From: Hyphomicrobiales bacterium
Lineage (GTDB): Bacteria; Pseudomonadota; Alphaproteobacteria; Rhizobiales; Beijerinckiaceae
Direction: 5' to 3'
Assembly: GCA_028290285.1 (NCBI GenBank)
Contig: JAQGKD010000014.1
Span: forward strand, 4,958-68,957
DNA length: 64,000 nt
Part shown: positions 21,908 to 31,453 of the stretch, in pieces
How the letters are laid out: every line of letters starts with the position of its first letter
How positions within the stretch are numbered: position 1 is the first letter of the stretch
Position numbers and translations under genes: made by a program
Notes under the pieces: generated by a model
Database searches by the model: none
What the model was told of the DNA's origin: nothing
What the model saw: the letters and a program-made list of their open reading frames with translations, nothing else

Positions 21908-23248
21908 ATGCACATTGCAATGATCGGCTCCGGATATGTGGGCCTCGTCTCCGGCGCCTGCCTGGCCGACTTCGGTCACATCGTCACCTGTGTCGACAAG
22001 GATCCCGAGCGCATCGCCTCGCTCGAACGCGGCCAGATGCCGATCTTCGAGCCCGGCCTCGAGGATCTCGTCGCAACCAACGTCCGCCAGAAGCGACTGC
22101 ACTTCACCACGGATATTGCCAAGGCGGTCGCCGGTGCGCATGCCGTGTTCATCGCGGTGGGTACGCCCACGCGGCGCGGCGATGGCCATGCGGACATGTC
22201 CTACGTCTTCGCCGCTTCGCGCGAAATCGCGGCAGCCATGACGGGCTTCGCAGTGATCGTCACCAAGTCCACCGTGCCGGTCGGCACCGGCGACGAGGTC
22301 GAGCGCATCATCTCCGAGGCACGGCCAGACCTCGAATTCGCCGTCGTCTCCAATCCTGAATTCCTGCGCGAAGGCGCGGCTATTTCCGACTTCAAGCGGC
22401 CTGACCGCATCGTCGTGGGGGCGGAGAGCGAGCGCGCACGCGAGGTGATGAGCGAACTCTACCGGCCGCTCTTCCTCAACCAGTCGCCGATCCTCTTCAC
22501 AGGGCGGCGCACGTCCGAGCTGACAAAATACGCCGCCAACGCGTTTTTGGCGACCAAGATCACCTTCATCAATGAGATGGCCGATCTCTGCGAGAAGGTC
22601 GGCGCGAACGTGCAGGATGTCGCGCGCGGCATCGGTCTCGACAATCGCATCGGTTCCAAGTTCCTGCACGCGGGGCCCGGCTACGGCGGCTCCTGCTTCC
22701 CCAAGGACACGCTCGCCTTGGCGCGTACCGCGCAGGAGGCCGGCGCGCCCGTCCGTATCGTGGAGACCGTCGAGCGCGTCAACGTGGAGCGCAAGAAGCG
22801 CATGGCGGACCGCGTCGTCGCCGCCTGCGGTGGGTCCGTAGACGGCAAGAAGGTCGCCCTGCTCGGCCTCGCCTTCAAGCCCAACACGGACGACATGCGC
22901 GATGCGCCCTCGCTCGACATAGTGGCGTCACTCGGTGCCGCCGGCGCGCAGATCCATGCATTCGATCCCGAAGCCATGGACCAGGCGCGCCTGATGATGC
23001 CCGGCGTTCACTTCGAGGAAGACGCCTATGCCTGCGCGGCGGGCGCCGACGTACTGGTGATCGTGACGGAATGGGACGCCTTCCGAGCGCTCGATCTCGA
23101 TGCGATCCGCGCTGCCCTGAAGACGCCCATCGTGGTCGATCTGCGTAACATCTATCGCCCCGAGGACATGCTGCGGCGCGGCTTCACCTATCTGAGCATT
23201 GGCCGCCCACCGGTGGTGGTGGAACGGCGCAGCATGCCTAGACCGTGA
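21908..23248 (+). CDS. ugd: UDP-glucose 6-dehydrogenase
   Basis: [40 protein letters not shown]. Confidence 0.95.
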   Translation: MHIAMIGSGYVGLVSGACLADFGHIVTCVDKDPERIASLERGQMPIFEPGLEDLVATNVRQKRLHFTTDIAKAVAGAHAVFIAVGTPTRRGDGHADMSYVFAASREIAAAMTGFAVIVTKSTVPVGTGDEVERIISEARPDLEFAVVSNPEFLREGAAISDFKRPDRIVVGAESERAREVMSELYRPLFLNQSPILFTGRRTSELTKYAANAFLATKITFINEMADLCEKVGANVQDVARGIGLDNRIGSKFLHAGPGYGGSCFPKDTLALARTAQEAGAPVRIVETVERVNVERKKRMADRVVAACGGSVDGKKVALLGLAFKPNTDDMRDAPSLDIVASLGAAGAQIHAFDPEAMDQARLMMPGVHFEEDAYACAAGADVLVIVTEWDAFRALDLDAIRAALKTPIVVDLRNIYRPEDMLRRGFTYLSIGRPPVVVERRSMPRP

Positions 23249-25169
23249 CCTGCGCGCCCAGTTCCACGACGCGATCGGACGGAATCGAGAAGAAGTCCGT
23301 CGCATTGGCGGACTGACGCGACAGTGCGATAAACAACCCGTCCTGCCAGCCCGGCATCCCCGATGTCGGGCTGGCCTTTATGGTTCGGCGGCCGAGGAAG
23401 AACGACGTCGTCATGATGTCGAACTTCAGGCCTGCCTTGCGCAGGTTGGCGAGGGCGACGGGCACGCGCGGGCTCTCCATGAAGCCGAAATGCAGCGTGA
23501 CGCGCGTGAAATCCTCCGACAACTGCTCGATCTCATAACGATTCTTCGCGCCGACGCGAGGCGTGTCCTCGGTCTTCACGGAGACGATCAGCACCCGCTC
23601 GTGCAGCACCTTGTTGTGCTTGAGATTGTGCATGAGCGCGGAGGGCGCCACCTCGGGATCGCTGGTGAGGAAGACAGCCGTGCCGGGGACCCGGGTCGGC
23701 TTGGATTTCTGCAACATGCGGATCAGGTCGCGCATGGGGATGGAATCGCGATGCGTCTTGCGTTCCAGGAACCCCGAACCTCGCATCCATGTCCACATCA
23801 TCAGCACCATGGTCGAGCCGATCAGCACGGGCACCCATCCGCCGTCGAGGACCTTCACCAGGTTGGCCGAGAAGAACACGCCCTCGATGGCGAGGAAGCC
23901 ACCCATCACGCCGAACGCGCCCCAGAGCGGCCATTTCCAGAGCCGCCAGACCACCACGAACGCGAGGCAGGAATCGACGACCATCGAGGCGGTCACTGCA
24001 ATCCCATAGGCGGACGCGAGCGAACTCGACGTCTTGAACATGGCGACCAGCAGCAGCACGCCGATCAGCAGGATGCGGTTGACGCGGGGAATGAAGATCT
24101 GCCCTTCCTGCGTGTCCGACGTGTGCTGAATTTCGAGGCGCGGCAGGAGACCGAGCTGGATCGCCTGACGGGCCAGCGAGAAGGCGCCGGTGATCGTCGC
24201 CTGGCTGGCGATAACGGTGGCGAGTGTCGCCAGCAGCACCAGCGGCAGCAAGGCCCATTGGGGCGCCATCAGGAAGAAGGGATTCTCGATGGCGCTCGGC
24301 GTGTGCAGGATCAACGCGCCTTGCCCAAGATAATTCAGGATGAGCGCCGGAAGCACGAAGCCCGTCCAGGCGATCTGGATAGGACGCCGTCCGAAATGGC
24401 CCATGTCGGCATAGAGCGCCTCGGCCCCGGTCACGGCCAGGAACACGCTGCCCAGCACGACGAAGCTGAGCATGCCGTGGGCGAAGAGGAAGCGGACGCC
24501 GTGGAGCGGGTTGAAGGCGTAGAGGATGCGCGGCGCATCGCCGATGTGACTGAGGCCCATCAACGCGATCGAGAGGAACCAGACAACCATGATGGGGCCG
24601 AAAAACGTGGCGACCCGGCCGGTGCCCCGGCTCTGCACGAAGAAAAGCGTGATCAGGATGACGAATGTGATCGGCAGGACGTAGGGGTCGAAGAATGGCG
24701 TGACGAGTTTCAGGCCTTCCACCGCGGACAGGACCGAAATGGCCGGCGTGATGATTGCGTCGCCTGAAAACAGCGATGCCCCGACGATGCCGATCATGAG
24801 CACTGGCGTCGAACGACGGCCGAGCGCGCCCTGCGCCAGCGCCATGAGCGCCAGGGTGCCGCCCTCGCCACGGTTGTCCGCGCGCATCAGGAAGATCACG
24901 TACTTCAACGTAACGATCAGGAACAGTGCCCACAGCAGCAGCGACACGACGCCGAGCACGTCATATTCGCCGATGCCCACGCTCTGGGTATGCACCAGCG
25001 ATTCGCGCAGCGCATAGAGTGGACTCGTACCGATATCGCCATAGACGACACCGATCGACCCCAGGGTGAGCGTCCACTGGCTCGACTTGCCGTGCTCCGA
25101 AGACTCAGGGGCTTTCTGTCCGCCTGGCGCCGTTTTGGAGTCACGGTCCTGCGAGAGACCTTCCGCCAT
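23238..25169 (-). CDS. kup: Potassium transporter Kup
   Basis: [40 protein letters not shown]. Confidence 0.95.
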   Translation of the reverse strand: MAEGLSQDRDSKTAPGGQKAPESSEHGKSSQWTLTLGSIGVVYGDIGTSPLYALRESLVHTQSVGIGEYDVLGVVSLLLWALFLIVTLKYVIFLMRADNRGEGGTLALMALAQGALGRRSTPVLMIGIVGASLFSGDAIITPAISVLSAVEGLKLVTPFFDPYVLPITFVILITLFFVQSRGTGRVATFFGPIMVVWFLSIALMGLSHIGDAPRILYAFNPLHGVRFLFAHGMLSFVVLGSVFLAVTGAEALYADMGHFGRRPIQIAWTGFVLPALILNYLGQGALILHTPSAIENPFFLMAPQWALLPLVLLATLATVIASQATITGAFSLARQAIQLGLLPRLEIQHTSDTQEGQIFIPRVNRILLIGVLLLVAMFKTSSSLASAYGIAVTASMVVDSCLAFVVVWRLWKWPLWGAFGVMGGFLAIEGVFFSANLVKVLDGGWVPVLIGSTMVLMMWTWMRGSGFLERKTHRDSIPMRDLIRMLQKSKPTRVPGTAVFLTSDPEVAPSALMHNLKHNKVLHERVLIVSVKTEDTPRVGAKNRYEIEQLSEDFTRVTLHFGFMESPRVPVALANLRKAGLKFDIMTTSFFLGRRTIKASPTSGMPGWQDGLFIALSRQSANATDFFSIPSDRVVELGAQVTV

Positions 25170-25333
25170 ACTCTACGATCCTTCGAGGGTGATCCTCTGC
25201 GGCAGCCCGGGGACGTGCTTGGACTGGCCCGGCGATATACCCTGTTCCTTTGCTGGCGAGAAGGGGCTCACACAAAGACCTTCGAGCTACCGGGCGACTT
25301 GCCGGGGACGAGCTAATTTGCGATCACGCCTGC

Positions 25334-27817
25334 ATGGCCGAGCTCCCTTTCGCCTTGCCGATCGACGACGTGCTCGACGCCCTGCGCAGGAGCGCCGCCG
25401 AATCCTCGCGCCTTGTCCTCGTCGCGCCGCCGGGCGCGGGCAAAACGACGCGCGTTCCGCTCGTCCTGATGGATGAGCCTTTTGCCAAAGGTGGCAAGAT
25501 CATCCTGCTCGAGCCTCGCCGTCTTGCCGCGCGCGCCGCCGCCGAGCGGATGGCGCGGAGCCTGGGCGAAAGCGTCGGCGACACCGTCGGCCTGCGGGTG
25601 CGCCTGCAATCGCGCATTTCCGCCCGCACCCGGCTCGAGGTCGTGACGGAGGGCGTCTTCGCCCGCATGATTCTCGACGATCCGGCGCTGGATGGCGTCG
25701 CGGCCGTTATCTTCGACGAATTCCACGAGCGCTCGCTCGACGCCGACCTCGGTCTGGCGCTGGCGCTGGAGGCGCAGGCGGGGTTGCGTGAGGACCTGCG
25801 CATTCTCGTCATGTCGGCCACGCTCGACGGCGCGCGCGTGGCGCGGCTGATGAGCGGCGCGCCCGTCATCGTCAGCGAAGGCCGCGCCTACCCCGTCGAG
25901 ACGCGCTACGTGTCGCGCGATTCCCGCCAGAGGATCGAGGACGAGATTACACGGGTTATCCTGACCGCGACACGCGCGGAAACCGGCTCGATCCTCGTCT
26001 TCCTGCCCGGACAGGGCGAAATCCGACGCGTCGCGCAGGCGCTCGAAGCCGGATTGTCCGACAAGAGCATCGAGATCGCGCCCCTCTATGGCGCCATGGA
26101 CCGCGCCGCGCAGGACCGTGCGGTGCTGCCCGCGCCGAGCGGCAAGCGCAAGATCGTGCTGGCGACCTCGCTTGCCGAGACGTCCCTGACAATCGAGGGC
26201 GTGCGGGTTGTCATCGACAGCGGCTTGTCCCGCGTGCCTCGCTTCGAGCCCGACCTCGGCTTGACGCGACTGGAAACCCTGCGCGTGTCGCGCGCCGCCG
26301 CCGACCAGCGCCGGGGCCGCGCCGGCCGTACGGAGCCTGGAATCTGCTACCGCCTCTGGGAAGAAGCGGCAACCGGGGCCATGGAGCCCTTTTCGCCGCC
26401 GGAAATCCTCTCCGCCGATCTTTCGGGCGTCCTGCTCGACCTCGCCGCCTGGGGCGTACGGGACCCGCAAACCCTCGCGTGGCTCGATCCGCCGCCGGTG
26501 GCCGCCGTCAAGGAAGCCCGCCTTCTCCTGCAATCGCTCGGCGCGCTCGAAACCGAGGGGGCGATCACGCCCGAGGGCCGCGCGATCCGTGCTCTGGCCC
26601 TGCCGCCCCGTCTGGCGCGCATGGTGATCGAGGCGGCCCGACGGGGCGAAGCGCGACTCGGGGCCGATCTCGCCGCCGTTCTCGTCGAGCGCGGGCTCGG
26701 CGGCGACCGGGCGGACCTGACCGAGCGAGTGGAAAATTTGCGCCGGGGTTCGTCGCGCCGCGAGGAGGATGCCCGCCGTCTGGCGCGTGGCTTTGCCGAC
26801 GAAGCGGCGCGTCAGGTCGGCAGGCGCGACCAGAACGCGGGACAGATCGCCGATTGCGGCAGGCTGCTGGCGCTGGCCTACCCCGATCGCATCGCGAAGG
26901 CTCGCGGGAAGGCGGGGGAATTCCTGATGGCCAATGGCCGCGCCGCCAGTCTCGAGCCGCACGACCGTCTGGCTCGCGAGGGCTTTCTCGCCATCGCCGA
27001 AATCGCGGGCCGGGCGGGCGCTGCGCGCATTCTCGCGGCGGCGCCCCTGAGCTCGGAAGAGATCGACGAGATCGCCGCCGGCCAGATCGAAGCCAGCGAC
27101 GACCTCACCTTCGATCGTGCCAGCGCATCGCTGCGGCGTCGGCGCGTGCGCCGCCTCGGGGCGCTCGTTCTGGCGGAACAGATTTCGGCTGTCGGCGCGG
27201 GCCCGGAGGCCGCCGCTGCACTGGCCGGCGGAGTCGCCGATCTCGGCATATCCCGCCTGCCCTGGACCAAAGCTCAAAAGCAATGGCGCGACCGCGTCAT
27301 GTTCCTGCGGCGCGCCGAGGGCGAGGATTGGCCCGACGTTTCGGACGAGGCCCTCGCGGAGACGGCCAGTGACTGGCTCGCGCCCTTCATCGAGGGCCGG
27401 ACAAGTCTCGTCTCCATTACGGCAGGGGATCTCGACAGCGCGCTGCAAGCCATGCTGGCGTGGGATCTGGGACGGCGGCTCGAGGCCGAAGCACCGACGC
27501 ATTTCGAGGTTCCGACAGGGTCGCGGATAGCGGTCGACTATGAGGCGGAGGGCGGGCCGGTGCTCGCCGTTCGCGTACAGGAATTGTTCGGGCTGGCCAC
27601 GCATCCTTCGCTGGCAGGCGGCCGGGTTCCCCTGACGCTGCATCTCCTGTCCCCCGCGCATCGGCTCATCCAGATCACGCGCGACCTGCCCGGCTTCTGG
27701 GCGGGATCCTGGAGCGCCGTGAAGAGCGACATGAAGGGTCGCTACCCGCGCCATTCCTGGCCCGACGATCCCGCGCGCGCCGCGCCGACCGCAAGAGCCA
27801 AACCGCGCGGAACGTAA
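25334..27817 (+). CDS. hrpB: ATP-dependent helicase HrpB
   Basis: APPGAGKTT, DEFH, MSAT, QRRGRAGR, C-terminal KGRYPRHSWP; start ATG 25334. Confidence 0.95.
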   Translation: MAELPFALPIDDVLDALRRSAAESSRLVLVAPPGAGKTTRVPLVLMDEPFAKGGKIILLEPRRLAARAAAERMARSLGESVGDTVGLRVRLQSRISARTRLEVVTEGVFARMILDDPALDGVAAVIFDEFHERSLDADLGLALALEAQAGLREDLRILVMSATLDGARVARLMSGAPVIVSEGRAYPVETRYVSRDSRQRIEDEITRVILTATRAETGSILVFLPGQGEIRRVAQALEAGLSDKSIEIAPLYGAMDRAAQDRAVLPAPSGKRKIVLATSLAETSLTIEGVRVVIDSGLSRVPRFEPDLGLTRLETLRVSRAAADQRRGRAGRTEPGICYRLWEEAATGAMEPFSPPEILSADLSGVLLDLAAWGVRDPQTLAWLDPPPVAAVKEARLLLQSLGALETEGAITPEGRAIRALALPPRLARMVIEAARRGEARLGADLAAVLVERGLGGDRADLTERVENLRRGSSRREEDARRLARGFADEAARQVGRRDQNAGQIADCGRLLALAYPDRIAKARGKAGEFLMANGRAASLEPHDRLAREGFLAIAEIAGRAGAARILAAAPLSSEEIDEIAAGQIEASDDLTFDRASASLRRRRVRRLGALVLAEQISAVGAGPEAAAALAGGVADLGISRLPWTKAQKQWRDRVMFLRRAEGEDWPDVSDEALAETASDWLAPFIEGRTSLVSITAGDLDSALQAMLAWDLGRRLEAEAPTHFEVPTGSRIAVDYEAEGGPVLAVRVQELFGLATHPSLAGGRVPLTLHLLSPAHRLIQITRDLPGFWAGSWSAVKSDMKGRYPRHSWPDDPARAAPTARAKPRGT

Positions 27818-27826
27818 CTTGTTTCA

Positions 27827-27841
27827 GTTCCCGAAATGTTC
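27827..27841 (+). promoter_or_regulatory. Alphaproteobacterial LexA (SOS) box upstream of comM
   Basis: Perfect GTTC-CCGAAAT-GTTC (GTTC-N7-GTTC), 70 bp before the comM ATG and abutting a putative TTGCGG-N18-TAAGCT promoter. Confidence 0.85.
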
Positions 27842-27910
27842 TTGCGGAAGGCCTGTCTTCAAGGCTAAGCTTCTGCCTACCGTTGTTGCGTTGAATTGCG
27901 GGGGACATCC

Positions 27911-28159
27911 ATGGTGGTGCGTGTCGCGACTGTCGCCTTCGAGGGAATCGAGGCGCGACCTGTCGATGTCCAGGTGCAGGTCTCCAACGGCAATGTCGCG
28001 TTCACCGTCGTCGGGCTCGGCGACAAGGCGGTCGGGGAATCGCGCGAGCGGGTGCGCTCCGCGCTGATTGCCACGGGGCTCGCGATGCCGGCACGCCGCG
28101 TGACGGTCAATCTCGCGCCCGCCGACATGCCCAAGGAGGGCAGCCATTACGGCCGCTAA
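27911..28159 (+). pseudogene. comM: comM (YifB Mg-chelatase-like ATPase), 5' fragment interrupted by the integrated element
   Basis: MVVRVATVAFEGIEA...VGLGDKAVGESRERVRSA...[18 protein letters not shown], then GR-stop supplied by island DNA; continues at 45882. Confidence 0.93.
28118..28151 (+). repeat. attL core (34-bp direct repeat)
   Basis: CCCGCCGACATGCCCAAGGAGGGCAGCCATTACG, identical to 45882-45915. Confidence 0.95.
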
Positions 28160-28223
28160 TGAATGCAGACTATATTGTATTTTCCGATACTTGTCTCGAT
28201 ATTCAATCTATCTGAAGATTGCC

Positions 28224-28243
28224 TAGCAAGCACATAGCAAGCA
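28224..28243 (+). repeat. Putative integrase arm-type sites, left arm (2x TAGCAAGCA)
   Basis: Copies at 28224-28232 and 28235-28243; the same motif occurs at the right end (45757). Confidence 0.7.
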
Positions 28244-28303
28244 TCTCAGCCGCGGCATGCCAGCGATAGCTGGTCGATTTTGTCACGTCAGGCTCGATGA
28301 AGC

Positions 28304-28792
28304 TCAAGCTATTCGCGTCCCAGCCTCCGGCTTCGGCAACGGCGTTTCATGAATCCGGAACGGGCTGTCTTGCTTGCGCAGATACATGTCTCCGGCGACG
28401 GCGTTCCGATCCACGCCAAAATGAGCCTCAAGAAATTCGGCCACGGAGTGCAGGCATGAGCGCATATCCGCTTCGGCGCGCGCCAGTTCGGCTTCGGACG
28501 ACTTTTCCAAACAACTGGCGCTGGTCTCCCGCATTATTAAAGTGATGAGCATCAGCTGGAAGAGAGCCCCGAGCGGCGATTCGGCTTTGAAAGCCGGAGC
28601 CGCTCGTTCGATTGCAATCGTGCGAGTTATGCTCCGATCAATCAGGTCCCCATCCCTATCTTTTCCGTCGTAGGCTTCCTCCAGACGCAGCAGCGTTCCG
28701 AATTCTCGGCCGAGTTTTTCCACCGGGCAGCCGATCGCTGACACAGTCGGAACCCGGGCAAGCTTCTCCTGTTCACGTGCAATGCGTGTCAT
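28304..28792 (-). CDS. Hypothetical protein (162 aa)
   Basis: ATG with GAGG RBS and plausible helical protein composition. Confidence 0.7.
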   Translation of the reverse strand: MTRIAREQEKLARVPTVSAIGCPVEKLGREFGTLLRLEEAYDGKDRDGDLIDRSITRTIAIERAAPAFKAESPLGALFQLMLITLIMRETSASCLEKSSEAELARAEADMRSCLHSVAEFLEAHFGVDRNAVAGDMYLRKQDSPFRIHETPLPKPEAGTRIA

Positions 28793-28842
28793 GGCGTGAC
28801 CTCAAACGATGTGGTGGGTACGATGGCGTCGGCTTCGCGGCC

Positions 28843-29034
28843 TCAGACCTGGACGGCAAAAGCGAACTCGGCGACAGCGCCGAGGAAGGCCAGCAAGGAA
28901 AGGGACTCGGCTGTATCCGCAAGCATCCGGAGGGCTTTGGTCGGCGCTGCAAGCGCAAAGTGCACGACGGCACCATTGCGTGACGCGACGAGCGGACGGC
29001 GGAACGTGGTTGTGCTATTGGCGGAATCAGCCAT
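28843..29034 (-). CDS. Small hypothetical protein (MADSANS...)
   Basis: Strong AAGGAG RBS; downstream of a leftward TTGACG-N17-TATCAG promoter and a hairpin. Confidence 0.6.
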   Translation of the reverse strand: MADSANSTTTFRRPLVASRNGAVVHFALAAPTKALRMLADTAESLSLLAFLGAVAEFAFAVQV

Positions 29035-29124
29035 GTCTCGATCTCCTTGGGATCACCGTGGTTAGGGCTGGGTAAGAGGTTCAGCTCTCTTGCTCAGCCC
29101 GCTATTATCTGATAACGGTTATTC

Positions 29125-29481
29125 ATGAAGACGTCAATAGCCGATAACGGAAAAAGAACTAGGGGTCGTCCTACCACCGGGATCAGAGCTCCCATTGGCG
29201 TCCGGTTGTATCCCGAAATGGAAGCCGCTTTAGACGACTGGATTGCGTCTAAACCTGAGCCCCGCCCATCCCGACCAGAGGCGATCCGCCAGCTTGTAAA
29301 GCTCGGCATCGAGGCAAATCCTCCGGCGCCTACCTTGGATGAGCAGATCGCTCGCCAGGAAGAGAAGATCGCTCGCAGGTTGCCGACCAAGCAGAGCCCT
29401 AAAAAGGGCATGGCCGTCCTGCGGAAGGGGCTCGCCGAAAATGATCTTCGGAAGCTCGTCGAAAAGAAGAGCCAAGAGTGA
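29125..29481 (+). CDS. Ribbon-helix-helix (CopG-like) DNA-binding protein
   Basis: RGRPTTG..PIGVRL.PE..AALDDWI....PRPSRPEAIRQLV.LG pattern. Confidence 0.75.
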   Translation: MKTSIADNGKRTRGRPTTGIRAPIGVRLYPEMEAALDDWIASKPEPRPSRPEAIRQLVKLGIEANPPAPTLDEQIARQEEKIARRLPTKQSPKKGMAVLRKGLAENDLRKLVEKKSQE

Positions 29482-29726
29482 GAGCACCGGCAGGCCGACC
29501 ACCCACTATCTTCGATCTCCGGTTGCAAGGTTTAACTGGTGGCTTAATGACGTGCACCGCCTGCCACCGCGTACGCGCGCTCACTTGGGAGCGGCTTCAG
29601 CTGCCGGACTCAACGCCGTTCCCCGACATTACGAGGCTCAAGCGTTTCGCTTGCAGCCATTGTCAGTCGAAGGCGATCACCATTATGCCGGATTGGGCAG
29701 GATACACGCCGCAAGGCGGCGGCTAA
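29478..29726 (+). CDS. Small Zn-ribbon-like protein (CxxC...CxxC)
   Basis: CTAC and CSHC motifs; GTGA overlap with the RHH gene. Confidence 0.7.
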   Translation: MRAPAGRPPTIFDLRLQGLTGGLMTCTACHRVRALTWERLQLPDSTPFPDITRLKRFACSHCQSKAITIMPDWAGYTPQGGG

Positions 29727-29761
29727 AAAGAAGCGCAAACATTACGAGCCTAGGATATCCG

Positions 29762-30055
29762 ATGAGATTAGCCCTCTTTGCCCCCTTCCTGAGTGTCCTT
29801 TTTACCATCAACTCCGGAGGCTCACTTCAAGCGGGAAGTCGACCCGAAATCCAATTGGTCCAGGCTGCCAAGCCGCTAGACAAGGCTCAGAAAGAGGCCC
29901 GAATCAAAGCGGCAATCGCTCAGCTGGAAGCGGTCGGCGTAACTCAGTCCGAGCTGGAAGATTTCTTGGTCGAAGAAGCGCTGGACGACGCCTGCCAAGC
30001 AAGGAAAGAACAGGAAGAGGACACAGAGCAGGAGATGAGAGATTACCGGCGCTAG
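29762..30055 (+). CDS. Putative secreted small protein
   Basis: ATG 29762, MRLALFAPFLSVLF signal-like N-terminus and acidic helical body. Confidence 0.5.
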   Translation: MRLALFAPFLSVLFTINSGGSLQAGSRPEIQLVQAAKPLDKAQKEARIKAAIAQLEAVGVTQSELEDFLVEEALDDACQARKEQEEDTEQEMRDYRR

Positions 30056-30451
30056 GCGCCAATTACGTGCCATTAGCTCGGCTGCTGATTCTAGCAGTTC
30101 CGCTCGATCGGAACCCGAATCAGTTCGCGTGCAGCCACTGGCAGCCGAAGGCCATGATCATGCGGGAAGGCGAGCATGTGTTAGCTAGAGCTAAGCTTTA
30201 CAGAGGAGAATCTTAGGTCTTGGTTAACCGTTTGGTGACGTTCTAACTGTAAGAGAATCAGGGAGTTGGCTTTGGTTCGAAAACCGTGGCCGAAGCCTTG
30301 GACGAGAAAGCACTAGCAAACGTGGATTCAGATGGACTATAAGGTGTGAGTCGCGAGCCGTGACTTCCCCCATCAACCGTTTGTCAACCCCTGAACTCAA
30401 AGGGGCGGCGCTGGTTGTAGGTTATGGCCCGATGCCACAAGGAGGTGGAAC

Positions 30452-30667
30452 ATGACCGAGCGTGAGAAATTTTTAGCTCGGCTTGGAGAGGCCCGCGAAG
30501 CTGGATTGGTGGACGTGAAGTTCTTTTTCCACCCCGCTCGGGCTGTCAAGCCGGAAGAGATCTTTGCCTCTCTCAACGAGATTGAGGATTCGATCAAACA
30601 CGACCGTTGCCATCGTCACACGGCGTGGAACGGGGATGCTCCCGCTGGGTACGCCCCTGCAGCTTGA
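30452..30667 (+). CDS. Small hypothetical protein (71 aa)
   Basis: Very strong AAGGAGGT RBS; followed by a terminator. Confidence 0.75.
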   Translation: MTEREKFLARLGEAREAGLVDVKFFFHPARAVKPEEIFASLNEIEDSIKHDRCHRHTAWNGDAPAGYAPAA

Positions 30668-30695
30668 CGTGTAAGCTGAATCAAATATGACCAGC

Positions 30696-30728
30696 TAGGC
30701 GGGCTTTTGTCCCGCCTATTTTTTGTTT
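30696..30728 (+). terminator. Intrinsic terminator between the 71-aa gene and the metallopeptidase-like gene
   Basis: TAGGCGGG-CTTTTGT-CCCGCCTA followed by TTTTTTGTTT. Confidence 0.8.
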
Positions 30729-30738
30729 GGAATTGGAC

Positions 30739-31350
30739 ATGCTGTTTGCCATCCGGTCAGTGCGTGATTTGATCCTCGAAGAGGCGGGGGAGACCCCCCC
30801 ATTCACTCTGCAAGCAATCACTAGTGCCATCCAACGTCTCACACGGATCGACGAGGTGATCTTCGTAGGGTACGAGTGCTCACCGTCCAACCCTATATGG
30901 GGTCAGTTCCAGCGATGGGACCGTCGTCCCAGCGTTTATTCTTCTTTCGAGACAATAGTCGAAATTCGTTATGCCCTGCACATGTCAGACGCGTGGCGCC
31001 GCTTTGTCGTCGTGAAGGAGCTTTGCCATGCTCTCGACCGATCGGAGGGGTCGCACACCGTCACTGATAATGCGGTGGGCAACCTTATTGGCTCTCTGGC
31101 TCTAAGAAGCTCGAAAAAGAAAGTCGAGAATAACCTCGGCTTTCACGCAGAGATCATGGCTGAGGCGAGCGCTATCGAGTTGCTGTGCCCTCTCCCGCTT
31201 CGGAAAAGGATGCTTCAGGACAACACGTTTCAGCAGCGGGGAAGCTTCGCTGTCGCTGAACTTTTCGGCGTGCCCGAGGGATATTTGCGAACTGCTTTCG
31301 ACCCTGAATATCTCGAAATGATCGAAGCTCTCTTCGACGACGCCGGATGA
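30739..31350 (+). CDS. ImmA/IrrE-like metallopeptidase-fold protein with KExxH variant motif
   Basis: WRRFVVVKELCH (HExxH with first His replaced by Lys), downstream E-x2-A...AIELLCP, C-terminal HTH-like VAELFGVP. Confidence 0.65.
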   Translation: MLFAIRSVRDLILEEAGETPPFTLQAITSAIQRLTRIDEVIFVGYECSPSNPIWGQFQRWDRRPSVYSSFETIVEIRYALHMSDAWRRFVVVKELCHALDRSEGSHTVTDNAVGNLIGSLALRSSKKKVENNLGFHAEIMAEASAIELLCPLPLRKRMLQDNTFQQRGSFAVAELFGVPEGYLRTAFDPEYLEMIEALFDDAG

Positions 31351-31453
31351 CGTAGGAGCAATCTGTGAAGATGATGCATCGCGATCCAACAGAGGGAAGC
31401 GGCCGCAACACGGCCAGTTCCTGCCGGACTCAAAATTACTCCTTTGGCCCATA

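Noticed and set aside
28100-28170. tRNA/tmRNA as integration target
   Set aside because: The att core is comM coding sequence; I recognised no tRNA or rRNA anywhere in the window.
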